A stretch of 64,000 nucleotides of DNA, from positions 10,372 to 74,371 of the forward strand of contig CAYSSY010000003.1 in the NCBI GenBank assembly GCA_964434055.1. The letters are read 5' to 3'. Below are positions 17,807 to 27,722 of the stretch, piece by piece. The notes beneath the pieces were generated by a model. It was given only the letters and a program-made list of their open reading frames with translations, was not told where the DNA came from and did not search any database. The stretch is from an uncultured Gammaproteobacteria bacterium. GTDB lineage: Bacteria; Patescibacteriota; Patescibacteriia; UBA2196; CAYSSY01. A program made the position numbers and the translations under genes. Numbering within the stretch: position 1 is the stretch's first letter; every line of letters starts with the position of its first letter.

Positions 17807-18784
17807 ATGTTTAATGATTTAAAGGCTAAAAAAATTTATAGTGCCTTAAAAAGCGCTAGCCGGATATTACTCATCACTCATCAGACAGCTGACGGTGATG
17901 CCTTGGGCTCTGTCTCAGCTCTGGCTCAACTGGCGGCCGCTCTCGGCAAAGATTTTTTTATTTTCACAAAAGGTCCACTGACAACCAATTTATATTTTTT
18001 GCCTTTTATTGAGAAGATCGAAACTGATATGAAAATACTCCAAGAAAAAACTTTTGATTTAATGGTTATACTTGATACTGGTGATTTGACTCATACTGGC
18101 ATTTCTGATTATTTAAAAAAAATATTGGCTGTCGCTGATATTCCTTTAATAAACATCGATCATCATTATACCAATAACATCTTAACTGATTTTGACCTGG
18201 TAGTACCAGAAGCTTCATCGACCGCAGAAATATTATATAATTTTTTTACCGTCAATAATATCGAGCTCAACCGACACTTGGCCACTGCTCTCCTAACTGG
18301 CATTATAACCGATACAGAAAATTTTTCTAATCCAGCCACAACTGACAAGGCTTTAAAAGCTGCAGCTGAACTAGTTAATGCGGGAGGACAATTTAATTTA
18401 ATTACGCGCCACGTTTTCCGTCAACGTTCAATCAGTACGCTCAAAGTTTGGGGGCGTATCTTCTCACGATTATCAATTAATCCGCGAACTGGTATTGCCA
18501 AAACTATTATTACGCAAGATGATTTGAGAGACTGGGATATTGATGACGAAGCAGTGGAAGGTATTTCAAATTTTTTAAAAAATATAGAAGGTGTAAAATT
18601 TGTTTTGGTATTAAAGGAAAAAAATGATGGTACCTTAAGAGGTAGTCTGCGCACCACCAGAGATGATATTGATGTCGCGAAATTAGCGCTGGCCTTAGGT
18701 GGTGGTGGTCATAAAAAAGCCGCTGGTTTTTCCATCAAAGGCACGCTCAAACGCGACGATCAAGATAATTGGTACATCGACTAA
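17807..18784 (+). CDS. DHH/DHHA1 phosphoesterase (NrnA-like nanoRNase/pAp phosphatase)
   Basis: HQTADGDALGS, IDHH, TDT, GGGHKKAAG. Confidence 0.92.
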   Translation: MFNDLKAKKIYSALKSASRILLITHQTADGDALGSVSALAQLAAALGKDFFIFTKGPLTTNLYFLPFIEKIETDMKILQEKTFDLMVILDTGDLTHTGISDYLKKILAVADIPLINIDHHYTNNILTDFDLVVPEASSTAEILYNFFTVNNIELNRHLATALLTGIITDTENFSNPATTDKALKAAAELVNAGGQFNLITRHVFRQRSISTLKVWGRIFSRLSINPRTGIAKTIITQDDLRDWDIDDEAVEGISNFLKNIEGVKFVLVLKEKNDGTLRGSLRTTRDDIDVAKLALALGGGGHKKAAGFSIKGTLKRDDQDNWYID

Positions 18785-18843
18785 TAAACTGGAATAATTT
18801 TTTTCCTCACAATCTTGGATTACTGTCAATTTTTATATAAAAT

Positions 18844-18874
18844 AAAAAACTAGTAGTATCATATCCCTACTAGT
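18844..18874 (-). terminator. Terminator-like hairpin downstream of the zinc-finger ORF
   Basis: ACTAGTAG-10 nt-CTACTAGT with T tract on the minus strand. Confidence 0.5.
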
Positions 18875-18891
18875 ATTTATGTAGAGCTCTG

Positions 18892-19074
18892 TCACTCCTG
18901 TGTTAAATCCTTTAATGCTTTTTCTAGCCTTAAAACAGTAACCTTATCTTTAGCGGAATGAGGTGATTCTTTAAATTTTTTTGTAACCTTTTCAGGATGT
19001 TTGTTACAAATATGACCAAAGAGCCATTCTCAAACACCGCTCTCTTTGTTACAATAAGGACACTTCTCACCCAT
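18892..19074 (-). pseudogene. Small C2H2 zinc-finger ORF with in-frame TGA at codon 15
   Basis: MGEKCPYCNKESGV*EWLFGHICNKHPEKV...; C-x2-C-x12-H-x4-H spacing; AGAGGAG SD upstream; absent from the ORF track. Confidence 0.65.
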
Positions 19075-19152
19075 TTTTGATTACTCCTCTATTAAAGTAC
19101 TTAATTATATTGATAATACTCTTCATATAATATGTCAATATTATTTGGCAAT

Positions 19153-19182
19153 TTGACAAACCTTTAAACCATATTCTAAAAT
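19153..19182 (+). promoter_or_regulatory. Putative promoter for the riboswitch leader
   Basis: TTGACA-18 nt-TAAAAT. Confidence 0.5.
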
Positions 19183-19213
19183 TAAGTCACGAGTAAATTT
19201 TTTACAAATTTAT

Positions 19214-19350
19214 ACACAGGCCTTTCCGGTGGTCCATCGGAAAAAATAATCAGGGAAAGCGGTGTAAATCCGCTGCTGTGCCGCAACTGTAACTCTGCCC
19301 ATATTTTGTGGATAAATATGTGAAGAGAAGCCAGATGACTGATACTGTGT
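19214..19350 (+). ncRNA. Cobalamin (B12) riboswitch
   Basis: AGGGAA-AGCGGTGTAAATCCGCT-GCTGTGCCGCAACTGTAA core, AAGCCAGA(T)GAC B12 box, closing ACACAG/CTGTGT pairing; hairpin plus T tract before the ATG. Confidence 0.9.
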
Positions 19351-19436
19351 TTTATTAACTAATAACTCTTCGAGCTAAAGAGTTTAGGTTTTTATGCCTA
19401 ATCATCCGCCCTCAAAAGAGTGGGATTTTTTATTTT

Positions 19437-21218
19437 ATGAAAAAAACTCTAAATTTTTTCCTAATTGGTATTATTCTGACAATGCCACTTTTTTCATCAG
19501 CAATCAATGTCACGACTGAATCAATAACTTATTTAAAAAGTAAAACCAATAATCCTTGGGTAACGATGGCTTTAGTGGCGGCGGGTGAAAATACTGGTAA
19601 TGTTGATTATCTAAAAAATGTCACTGAAACTGAAGCTGTCAAATTAGCAGCACCTATTTTAGCAATAACAGCACTTGGGCAAGATCCGAGATCTTTTGGT
19701 GCACAAAATTTAGTCTCTCAGTTAAAAAAAACATATAAACAAAATCAACTGGGTGATACTGCCACCATGAATGATGATATTTTTGGTTTGTTGGCCCTTG
19801 TGTCAGCTGGCGAAAATAACGAGGACTTGGTCGTGAATGGTACTAAAAATTTTATTCTTAATCACCAAAACAGCGATGGCGGCTGGGGCTTTCAAGTTAA
19901 TGGTTCATCAGATACCAACATGACTGCCATGGCAATTATGGCCTTAATAAAAGCTGGTGAAGATGGTGAGAAGATTAATCAGGCTGTAAATTATTTAAAA
20001 AATTCACAAAATAATGACGGTGGTTTTCCATATGATAAATCAAGCACTTGGAGTTCAGTCTCCGATGCTTCTTCCGATGCTTGGGTAATTTCCGCTATCT
20101 ATTGTCTGGGACAAGATCCATATAATTGGACGAAAAACGGAAAAAACCCAGTTGATCATTTAAAATCATTACTAGCTAATGAAGGCTACTTTCATTATCA
20201 AACAGGAAGTAATGAAGACTCATTTTCTACCATCACTACTGCTTATGCCGTGATTGCTTTGTCTGGAAAATATTATCCAATTAACACAATTAACGTTAGA
20301 CTAAAAGAATATGCTTTCCGTATTGAAGGCTCTAGTGAGACTATTTGTAGCGGTCAAATCGGGGCAGTAACTGCGCTTGATATTGTAAAAAATGCTCAAG
20401 AAATCTGCAGCTTCAATTATCTAATTGAAAATATGAGTTTCGGACCTTATTTAAAAAAAATAAACACTGATGAAGCACAGGGTTTAAAAGGCTGGCTTTA
20501 TTTAGTCAACTATAATTCACCCACAGTTGGCGCCGCTGATTATCAACTTCAAGAAAATGACGAGGTAATCTGGTTCTATGGTGAGTGGACTGATCAACCG
20601 CTTAAGATAAGCGTTGATAAAACCGAGGTTGGACAAAATGAAAATATCACAGCCACGGTCAACTTTTTTAGTCAATCTGGTTGGCAACCACTAACCGGCG
20701 CTCAAATCTTAGATAAAGTTACAGATAGTAGTGGTCAAACCATTCTATCGTTCACTGATGGCTATTATCGATTATCAGCCAAAAAAAATGGCTTCATAAG
20801 AAGTAATCAAATTAATTTAAAAGTCGGCAATCCTCAAGAAAATTCAGTCTCATTAAAAGTTGAGATTGAAAAGGGCCAAGTTGCTGGCGATGAAACCAAT
20901 GGTTCAGGAACAATTTCATTCTCTGTTGAACCAAATGAGTTAAACTTTGGTAAGTTAAAAAACGGCGCTAACAGTTCCCAAAAACTAAAAATAACTAACA
21001 ATGGCAGCACCGCCATGCATATTGAAGCTAAGGTGGACGGTGATGAACTTTTTCGCAATAACTTACAGCTTAATGATAAGTTCTGGCTTTACTTTTCTGA
21101 AAATTTAGAACAAAATCAAAATCGCGATATTACCGCACAATTGTCAGTTCCAGCAAGCTATGGTGGTAGTGCTGGTTCCAAGCAAGGTGCTCTCATTTTT
21201 TGGGCGATGGCACAGTAA
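19437..21218 (+). CDS. Secreted protein with prenyltransferase/squalene-oxidase-like alpha-barrel repeats, DUF4430-like domain and Ig-like C-terminus; probable cobalamin-binding protein
   Basis: Signal peptide; QNSDGGWG and QNNDGGFP repeats; GPYLKKIN...GWLYLVN...VGAADYQLQENDEVIWFY; downstream of B12 riboswitch. Confidence 0.8.
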   Translation: MKKTLNFFLIGIILTMPLFSSAINVTTESITYLKSKTNNPWVTMALVAAGENTGNVDYLKNVTETEAVKLAAPILAITALGQDPRSFGAQNLVSQLKKTYKQNQLGDTATMNDDIFGLLALVSAGENNEDLVVNGTKNFILNHQNSDGGWGFQVNGSSDTNMTAMAIMALIKAGEDGEKINQAVNYLKNSQNNDGGFPYDKSSTWSSVSDASSDAWVISAIYCLGQDPYNWTKNGKNPVDHLKSLLANEGYFHYQTGSNEDSFSTITTAYAVIALSGKYYPINTINVRLKEYAFRIEGSSETICSGQIGAVTALDIVKNAQEICSFNYLIENMSFGPYLKKINTDEAQGLKGWLYLVNYNSPTVGAADYQLQENDEVIWFYGEWTDQPLKISVDKTEVGQNENITATVNFFSQSGWQPLTGAQILDKVTDSSGQTILSFTDGYYRLSAKKNGFIRSNQINLKVGNPQENSVSLKVEIEKGQVAGDETNGSGTISFSVEPNELNFGKLKNGANSSQKLKITNNGSTAMHIEAKVDGDELFRNNLQLNDKFWLYFSENLEQNQNRDITAQLSVPASYGGSAGSKQGALIFWAMAQ

Positions 21219-21352
21219 AAAAATGCGAATATAAAAATAAAAAACTATGAGTTTTCATTTTTAACTGTCGTGGCTCTGTCATGACCTCGCAGACTGCGGG
21301 ATAACAGTGAAATGGTCATTCTAATATTTAATTTTTCACTTTAAATTTATTT

Positions 21353-21883
21353 ATGTCTTCATGTAAATATTTAACTAGATACTTGATATTTCTGCTGCTC
21401 CTATTACCATTGTTGACTAAGGCTGCCGGCTTAGCCGTTACGCCAGCAAAAGTCAATTTAGAGATGACTACTGGCCAAGAAAAAAATGTCTCACTCGAAG
21501 TTGAAAACACCAGCAGTAATGTTAATCTCTATGACGTCTGGCTAGACGACGAATTTAATTTTATTAAAATTACCCCTCAAAGTTTTACCTTAGAAAGTGG
21601 GGAAAAGAAAAAGATAAACCTTATTATTACCGGAGAAAGAGAACTGAGTTTAGCCACAACAATTTCGATTATTGGCCGACCGCTTGGCATTCAAGAATTC
21701 AATTTAACGCCGGGCATAAAAATTCCGCTTAGTATAAGCATCGCCCCCCAACAAAAAAAACTAATAAATGAGTATCTTATCTATACTATCTTAAGTTTAA
21801 TGGTCCTGACTGTTGTTGTGTGGCTCATAATACTGACACGTCTTAAAACAAAGAAAAAAACGAAAAACTTATTTTTAAATTAA
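21353..21883 (+). CDS. Exported Ig-like protein with C-terminal TM anchor
   Basis: Signal peptide, GLAVTPAKV, ITPQSFTLESGE, C-terminal hydrophobic helix and Lys-rich tail. Confidence 0.65.
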   Translation: MSSCKYLTRYLIFLLLLLPLLTKAAGLAVTPAKVNLEMTTGQEKNVSLEVENTSSNVNLYDVWLDDEFNFIKITPQSFTLESGEKKKINLIITGERELSLATTISIIGRPLGIQEFNLTPGIKIPLSISIAPQQKKLINEYLIYTILSLMVLTVVVWLIILTRLKTKKKTKNLFLN

Positions 21884-21890
21884 ATTAAAA

Positions 21891-21917
21891 AAAACAGCCT
21901 TTAAAAAAGGCTGTTTT
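21891..21917. terminator. Bidirectional terminator
   Basis: AAAACAGCCTT...AAGGCTGTTTT between convergent genes. Confidence 0.7.
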
Positions 21918-21929
21918 AAAAATATAAAC

Positions 21930-22727
21930 TTATTCCAATACTACTTTCTCAAGTTTAATTCTATTACTAAGAAATTTTTCTGCGATTTGCTGAAAATGTG
22001 GGGTAATATCAGTCACAAAATAAGCAGCATTACTGGCTTTATCTTTTAAAATCTCTTCTTTTAATGCCACATGTGAATCTAAATATTTTTTAACTTCTTG
22101 AGCGACGCTCTGAGCAGAATCAATTATCCTAACTCTCTTACCAATTGCTTTTTGAATTATTTTTTTAATCAATGGATAATGAGTACAACCGAGAATTAGG
22201 GTATCAACATTTTTAGTTTTCAGACCTTGTAAATATTTTTTTACAATTCTTTTAGTTTCAGCCTCGTCTAACCAACCTTCTTCAACAAGTGACACTAAAA
22301 GTGGACAAGCCTGAGAAGTAACTACCATCTGAGTGCCACCAAGCTCTTTTATTTTTTTTTCATAAATTCCACTGTTAATGGTGGCCCGTGTGCCAATAAC
22401 TGCAATTCTTTTTTTAGTACTGACCTTAAGTGCCTCTTTAACTGCCGGGGTCACAACTTCAAAAATCGGCAATGAAAAATTTTTTCTTAAAACTTCCATG
22501 GCATTGGTTGAAGCTGTATTGCAGGCAACAATGATAATCTGTGCCCCTTTTTCCATTAAAAATTTAGTGTCGCCTAAAGCATAATTCTCCACCATCTCCC
22601 GACTTTTATTACCATAAGGTGTCCGGGCTGTATCGCCTAAATATAAAAAAGGCAAATCCGGCATCTGTCTGATCACTTCTTTAACAACGGTCAAACCGCC
22701 TAAACCTGAATCAAAAATACCTAGCAT
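21930..22727 (-). CDS. murI: Glutamate racemase
   Basis: FDSGLGGLTV, ACNTAS, LGCTHYP. Confidence 0.97.
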   Translation of the reverse strand: MLGIFDSGLGGLTVVKEVIRQMPDLPFLYLGDTARTPYGNKSREMVENYALGDTKFLMEKGAQIIIVACNTASTNAMEVLRKNFSLPIFEVVTPAVKEALKVSTKKRIAVIGTRATINSGIYEKKIKELGGTQMVVTSQACPLLVSLVEEGWLDEAETKRIVKKYLQGLKTKNVDTLILGCTHYPLIKKIIQKAIGKRVRIIDSAQSVAQEVKKYLDSHVALKEEILKDKASNAAYFVTDITPHFQQIAEKFLSNRIKLEKVVLE

Positions 22728-22736
22728 ATTGGCTTA

Positions 22737-23522
22737 TTATTTTAATAGTTTAATTAACTGATTATGAATTCTACCATTACTAACTAATAAATGTCTAGCA
22801 TTAAAACCGGGATACTGGCCACCTAAATCAGTAATCTTTGCCCCGGCTTCTTGAGCAATAACCAATCCGGCGCCTAAGTCTTTTATCTCTTGCCAACCAG
22901 TTAAATCAAAATAAGCATCGAAATGACCTTGGGCTAAATAGCATAAACTCAAAGAGCCTAAACCCATAACACGGAAACGATAAAAATGTTCCATAACTCT
23001 TTTCATACGCTCATTGGTTATTTTGTGCTCTTTCTTATTTAATAAACTTAGACGTGTTATATCTAAATAGATGATTGAATCGCTTAATTTACTAATTGAA
23101 GAAACCTTAATTTTTTTGTGGTTATAATAAGCACCGTGACCTTTTTCTGCCCACCATGAATCCTTGGTCCCTGGCTGATAAACAACTCCCAAAAGCGGTT
23201 TTTCCTGGTACCACAGACCAATAGCTGTCGTAAAAAATTTAATACCAGACTGAAAATATTTACTACCATCAATAGCATCAATCACCCAAGTATAGGGTGA
23301 CTGTTGATTTATATTTTTGGTTTCTTCTCTAATAATATTGTGTCCGGGACACTTTTTTAATATTTTTTCGCTGACACTTTTTTCTATAGCAAAATCTATT
23401 TCAGAAGCAATATCTCTTTTCACTGTCTTACTGACAAAATGATGCTTCTTATTGAGGGTAGTTAAAACTTGGTCACCGCTCTCGCGAGCTAGATTAAGAG
23501 TAAATTTTAAAAGTGGCGACAT
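22737..23522 (-). CDS. Inositol monophosphatase family protein
   Basis: REE, WVIDAIDGSKYF, DLGAGLVIAQEAGAKITD. Confidence 0.9.
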   Translation of the reverse strand: MSPLLKFTLNLARESGDQVLTTLNKKHHFVSKTVKRDIASEIDFAIEKSVSEKILKKCPGHNIIREETKNINQQSPYTWVIDAIDGSKYFQSGIKFFTTAIGLWYQEKPLLGVVYQPGTKDSWWAEKGHGAYYNHKKIKVSSISKLSDSIIYLDITRLSLLNKKEHKITNERMKRVMEHFYRFRVMGLGSLSLCYLAQGHFDAYFDLTGWQEIKDLGAGLVIAQEAGAKITDLGGQYPGFNARHLLVSNGRIHNQLIKLLK

Positions 23523-23526
23523 ATTT

Positions 23527-24960
23527 TTAATTTAAGACATCTAAATTAACACATAACTGATCCTGCCAGATCATCTCTGGATAGCTCCTCAGAATATCTC
23601 TCGTGTACAACCTCCTTTTTTCATAAGTTACCTCATCTTTAGCCTCAAATTTGACGGTAATATAGGGACCATTTTGGGAATAGCGAAAAACCATCATACC
23701 GTCTTTGAAATCAGCGCGCACACCGTCATCACCAGGTATAATTGAATCATCAGTAATCTCAGCGTCCTGAAAATCATTTTTAAACCTAACAGCTAAATTT
23801 TTAATAACATCCTTTTTCTTGTCATCAGGACAACCAATTTTTATCTCTGGTGACGAAATGTATCTGGGAAATTTATCAACTAAATTGGCTAGGGAAATCT
23901 TTTTTTCTGATAAATATTCTAAAACTCTCAGTGCAGCGTAACAGCCATCATCATGACCATAAGCATTATCAGCGAAAAAGAAATGACCGGAGAGTTCACC
24001 GCCAAAAGCCGCTTTTTCTGTAGCAATTTTACTTTTAATAAATGAATGACCAGTACGCCAAATTATTGGTTGACCACCCTCCTGTAAAATAACCTCCCGG
24101 ACCACCTGGGAACATAAAGTATTATAAATAATTTTCGATTTTGGAAATCTTTCCAAAATTTCTTTGGCAAAAATTGCCACCAAAACATCGTTCCATAAAA
24201 TTCTTCCTTTTGAATCAACAACCCCTAAGCGATCACCATCGCCGTCAAAGGCAAAACCTAAATCAGCCCCCTCTTTTAGAACTTCTTCGCCTAAACTCTT
24301 CATATATTTTTCATCGGTTGGATCAGGCGTGCCTTTAGGGAAACTACCATCAACCTCTAAATTTTTGCCAATGACCTGACACTTGGCTTTCTTAAAAATA
24401 TCAACCACAAATAGACCAGTGGTCCCATGCCGGCCATCAATTACAATTTTATATTTTTTCTTAATAGCTACCCTTTTGAGTAAATCATGGATATAGTCTT
24501 TTTTGATGTCTTTCTTAACTAACTTTCCAATTTTTTTACTGATAAAAAAATTCTCCTGTTCAACATAAGATCTAATTTCCTGAACGTCATCCTCCATGGT
24601 TGTCTGCGAATAACCAACACCTAATTTGAAGCCATTAAAATTATAGGGATTATGCGAAGCGGTCATAATCGCCCCACCATTAGTCTGAAAACGATATTGA
24701 CCATAATACATCATTTGAGTCATGATCATCCCTAAATCAATAATATCGACACCGGTTGAGAGTAAACCCCTGATAAAAGCCGGTAAATATTCTTCGCCAC
24801 TTAAACGGCAGTCACGTCCAACAACCGCCTGTTTAATTTTGCGACGCTTTAAAAAAGTACCGAAAGCTTTGCCTATGACTTCCATTTTTTCGACGTCAAA
24901 ATCTTTACCCGCCTCACCGCGGATATCATAATTTCTAAAAACAAAAGGATTTATCTGCAT
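23527..24960 (-). CDS. Phosphomannomutase/phosphoglucomutase
   Basis: FRNYDIRG, TASHNP, FDGDGDR, GELSGH. Confidence 0.93.
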   Translation of the reverse strand: MQINPFVFRNYDIRGEAGKDFDVEKMEVIGKAFGTFLKRRKIKQAVVGRDCRLSGEEYLPAFIRGLLSTGVDIIDLGMIMTQMMYYGQYRFQTNGGAIMTASHNPYNFNGFKLGVGYSQTTMEDDVQEIRSYVEQENFFISKKIGKLVKKDIKKDYIHDLLKRVAIKKKYKIVIDGRHGTTGLFVVDIFKKAKCQVIGKNLEVDGSFPKGTPDPTDEKYMKSLGEEVLKEGADLGFAFDGDGDRLGVVDSKGRILWNDVLVAIFAKEILERFPKSKIIYNTLCSQVVREVILQEGGQPIIWRTGHSFIKSKIATEKAAFGGELSGHFFFADNAYGHDDGCYAALRVLEYLSEKKISLANLVDKFPRYISSPEIKIGCPDDKKKDVIKNLAVRFKNDFQDAEITDDSIIPGDDGVRADFKDGMMVFRYSQNGPYITVKFEAKDEVTYEKRRLYTRDILRSYPEMIWQDQLCVNLDVLN

Positions 24961-24964
24961 AAAA

Positions 24965-26398
24965 TTAATTTTTATTTAACTTATAAAATAACTCTTTACC
25001 TTTTTGTAAAATTTCCCCAGCTGTTTTTTTATCAGCAGCACCAGCAATAATTCTAAAAAGTCCAACCTCGGTCTGCGAACCGCGGAAAAAAAGCCAAGTA
25101 TTCTGATTATAGTAAATTTTTAAACCACCAGAACAACCTCTAAAATATTTTAGCTGTGGCTCATATTTTCTAAAATAATGAACAATCTTATCAATTATCT
25201 GTTGATTGTCTCCTATTCGACCAATGACTCCAGTTCGCACTTCATAAAATTCAGGATACTCAGCAACTAGTTCGGTTAATGATTTTTTTTCTTCAGCCAT
25301 TAAAGAAATAATCAGCAATAGTGACAGTAAACCATCGCGACAAGTTGTACCACGGACAATAACTCCACCATTACTACCTTCGCCGCCAATCGGACTTTTT
25401 AAATCTCTCATCTTTTCAACCACGTTTGTCTCTCCAACATCAACTTCAACAATTTTAGCATGATATTTTTTGGCTATCATTTTAACAACTGGTAGTGTTG
25501 GTAAATTGGAAACGACTGTTGATCTTTTATCGTGACAATGTCTTAAATAACTATCAACACATAAAGCTAAACTGTAATGACCGCAGACAATATGGCCACG
25601 CTTTCTTGAAAAATTATTTGTTGGTAAAACAAATTCTGCTCGATCAGCATCACAATCAAAACCTACTCCCAAGTTTGCTTGGCAACGATCGACATCTTCA
25701 ACTAGTTTAATTAAAGTTTCGGAATTCGGTTCTATCTTTCTTTTAAAAATCCCAATTTTTGTATTAATGCCAATATACTTAAGTTCTAATTTCTTAAATA
25801 ATGGCGCCACAATTACACTGGCCGCTCCGCCATTAGGATCAACAACAATTTTGAAACCTGATTTTTTAATTAGACGCAGTCGCCTTAAGCCAATAATTTT
25901 AAAAACATCAGTCAAATATTTCTTTCTGATGTCCTTTTCTTTATTAATCACATTACCTTTTTTAACTAAAAAAATCGTCTCACCCGAAGAATTGTGAGCT
26001 GACTTAATAACCAAAGCTGCTTCACGTTCAGTTAAAATTCCCCCGTTTTTTTGCAATAACTTAAAACCATTATAATGCGGCTCATTATGAGAAGCAGTAA
26101 TAATAATACCACCTTGAGCTTTATAAACACGCACAGCTAATTGTACCATTGGCGTTGTTGCTATACCAACATCAACAATATCAATTCCAAGACTAATCAA
26201 CTCAGTCTTTAAAATTTTGTTTACTAATTCACCTGATGGCCGAGAATCGCGTCCGACAACTATTTTAACGTGCTGATTTTTTTTTCTCAAATATTCGGCA
26301 TAAGCCCGGGCATAGCCAACTATTATTTGCCGATTAAAACTTTGACCAAAGATGCCGCGCACCCCCGACAACGATTCAACTAAAAAATCTTGTGACAT
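24965..26398 (-). CDS. Alpha-D-phosphohexomutase (GlmM/PMM-like)
   Basis: SGVRG, TASHNE, FDCDADR, VGE, GGEGSNGG. Confidence 0.9.
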   Translation of the reverse strand: MSQDFLVESLSGVRGIFGQSFNRQIIVGYARAYAEYLRKKNQHVKIVVGRDSRPSGELVNKILKTELISLGIDIVDVGIATTPMVQLAVRVYKAQGGIIITASHNEPHYNGFKLLQKNGGILTEREAALVIKSAHNSSGETIFLVKKGNVINKEKDIRKKYLTDVFKIIGLRRLRLIKKSGFKIVVDPNGGAASVIVAPLFKKLELKYIGINTKIGIFKRKIEPNSETLIKLVEDVDRCQANLGVGFDCDADRAEFVLPTNNFSRKRGHIVCGHYSLALCVDSYLRHCHDKRSTVVSNLPTLPVVKMIAKKYHAKIVEVDVGETNVVEKMRDLKSPIGGEGSNGGVIVRGTTCRDGLLSLLLIISLMAEEKKSLTELVAEYPEFYEVRTGVIGRIGDNQQIIDKIVHYFRKYEPQLKYFRGCSGGLKIYYNQNTWLFFRGSQTEVGLFRIIAGAADKKTAGEILQKGKELFYKLNKN

Positions 26399-26418
26399 AT
26401 ATTACTCAGTTTTTAAAA

Positions 26419-27591
26419 TTATTTCCACTTGGCTAATTCTTCCTTATTGAAAACTACTAAAGCACCTAAAGCCCACCAAGTTAAAACAAGTGATATTAAC
26501 CAACCAATAAACGGCAGTGAGGTAATAATAACTAACACCAAAACACCAATGATCATTGACACCATCATTTGTGGATCTTTCCGACCAAGTGCTTTCAATA
26601 AAGCATAGCCCAAAGAAATACCGACAAAAACCTTGGCCAAATAAAGACTAATTAAGTAAGTAGCAATCATAATTAAAGCCACAGGCAGACCAATTAGCGT
26701 GAAAATCAAGGCTAAAGCTATAACAGGCACAACGATAAAGAAAAGTAAACCTCTGCCAATATTGGCCCAAATGTTGGTAATCATCTGATCACCAACTTTT
26801 CCAACAACCTTAGGTATAAAAGAAACGAGGATCAAACCGACAACCAATAGAGCAAAAAAATTAAAAACCCGGCTCATAACCCAAGCTGTAGTAATTACTT
26901 TTTTTACTTTTTCTTTATTAATAACTGGTTTAATTTGAGGTAAATTGTGAGTAACATTACCTTTAATAACCGCTCCATCTTTAATGTCAGCCTGGTCTTG
27001 GGCTGTATAAGTCAAATCACTGGCTAGCTCGGCATTAGGATAAACAACCAGCTTACCACTTTCTTGTGCATTGCCTAAATAAGCGTTAACTGGTCCACTA
27101 AACTCTCCTGCTAAAATCAGACTACCACCACCAACTAAAACTTCCTTCCCAATCTTACCCCTTAAATCTAGAGCACCGGCACCAGCAGTCACTGATCCAG
27201 TAATTTCACTTTTTTCCTCTAAAGTTAAAGTGCCAGCTCCAGCTAAAATATTCTTGCCGACCAACCCGCTGATGTCTAAAGTGCTTCCAACAGCTCTAAT
27301 ATTTCCTTCAACTTCACCACTGACTTTGACACTACTGCCAGCAGCAAAAACATCGCCAGTCACCTTGCCGCTAATAATTACCGAGGCACCGACCACAAAA
27401 ACATCACCGTCAATTGTACCAGCCACTTCAACTGTTGCCCCCGCCTTGTATAAATTACCAGTTAAAACCTCCTCTTTCCCAATATAAATCACCTCCTGCA
27501 TTTTAGGACCTGCTGCCTGAGTAAAAAAAATCGGAGCTAATATCACTAGACAAATTATTACGAAGAATAAAAATATTTTCTTGGCCTTCAT
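26419..27591 (-). CDS. Bactofilin-like beta-helix repeat membrane protein
   Basis: Signal peptide, repeated GxVxGDVFxAG units, several C-terminal TMs. Confidence 0.75.
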   Translation of the reverse strand: MKAKKIFLFFVIICLVILAPIFFTQAAGPKMQEVIYIGKEEVLTGNLYKAGATVEVAGTIDGDVFVVGASVIISGKVTGDVFAAGSSVKVSGEVEGNIRAVGSTLDISGLVGKNILAGAGTLTLEEKSEITGSVTAGAGALDLRGKIGKEVLVGGGSLILAGEFSGPVNAYLGNAQESGKLVVYPNAELASDLTYTAQDQADIKDGAVIKGNVTHNLPQIKPVINKEKVKKVITTAWVMSRVFNFFALLVVGLILVSFIPKVVGKVGDQMITNIWANIGRGLLFFIVVPVIALALIFTLIGLPVALIMIATYLISLYLAKVFVGISLGYALLKALGRKDPQMMVSMIIGVLVLVIITSLPFIGWLISLVLTWWALGALVVFNKEELAKWK

Positions 27592-27664
27592 ATATTTTTT
27601 TAATATTAATTTTTATAGTTTTTCTTTTCTTAATAATATCACTAAACATGCATCTGGGGCAAAT

Positions 27665-27700
27665 AAAAAAACTCGGCAGTTTATAATAAACTCCCGAGTT
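27665..27700 (-). terminator. Terminator after the T9SS-CTD-like gene
   Basis: AACTCGG...CCGAGTT stem with inner AGTTT/AAACT; T tract on the minus strand. Confidence 0.6.
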
Positions 27701-27722
27701 AGAATTCATGAATACAAAAGAA

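Noticed and set aside
19030-19032. Selenocysteine at the zinc-finger TGA
   Set aside because: The position is not a Cys ligand site, no convincing SECIS hairpin follows, and no sel genes are in the window.
21262-21310. GC-richer hairpin between the two B12-regulated genes
   Set aside because: Short stem with no matching copy recognised in the window; cannot distinguish a REP remnant from chance.
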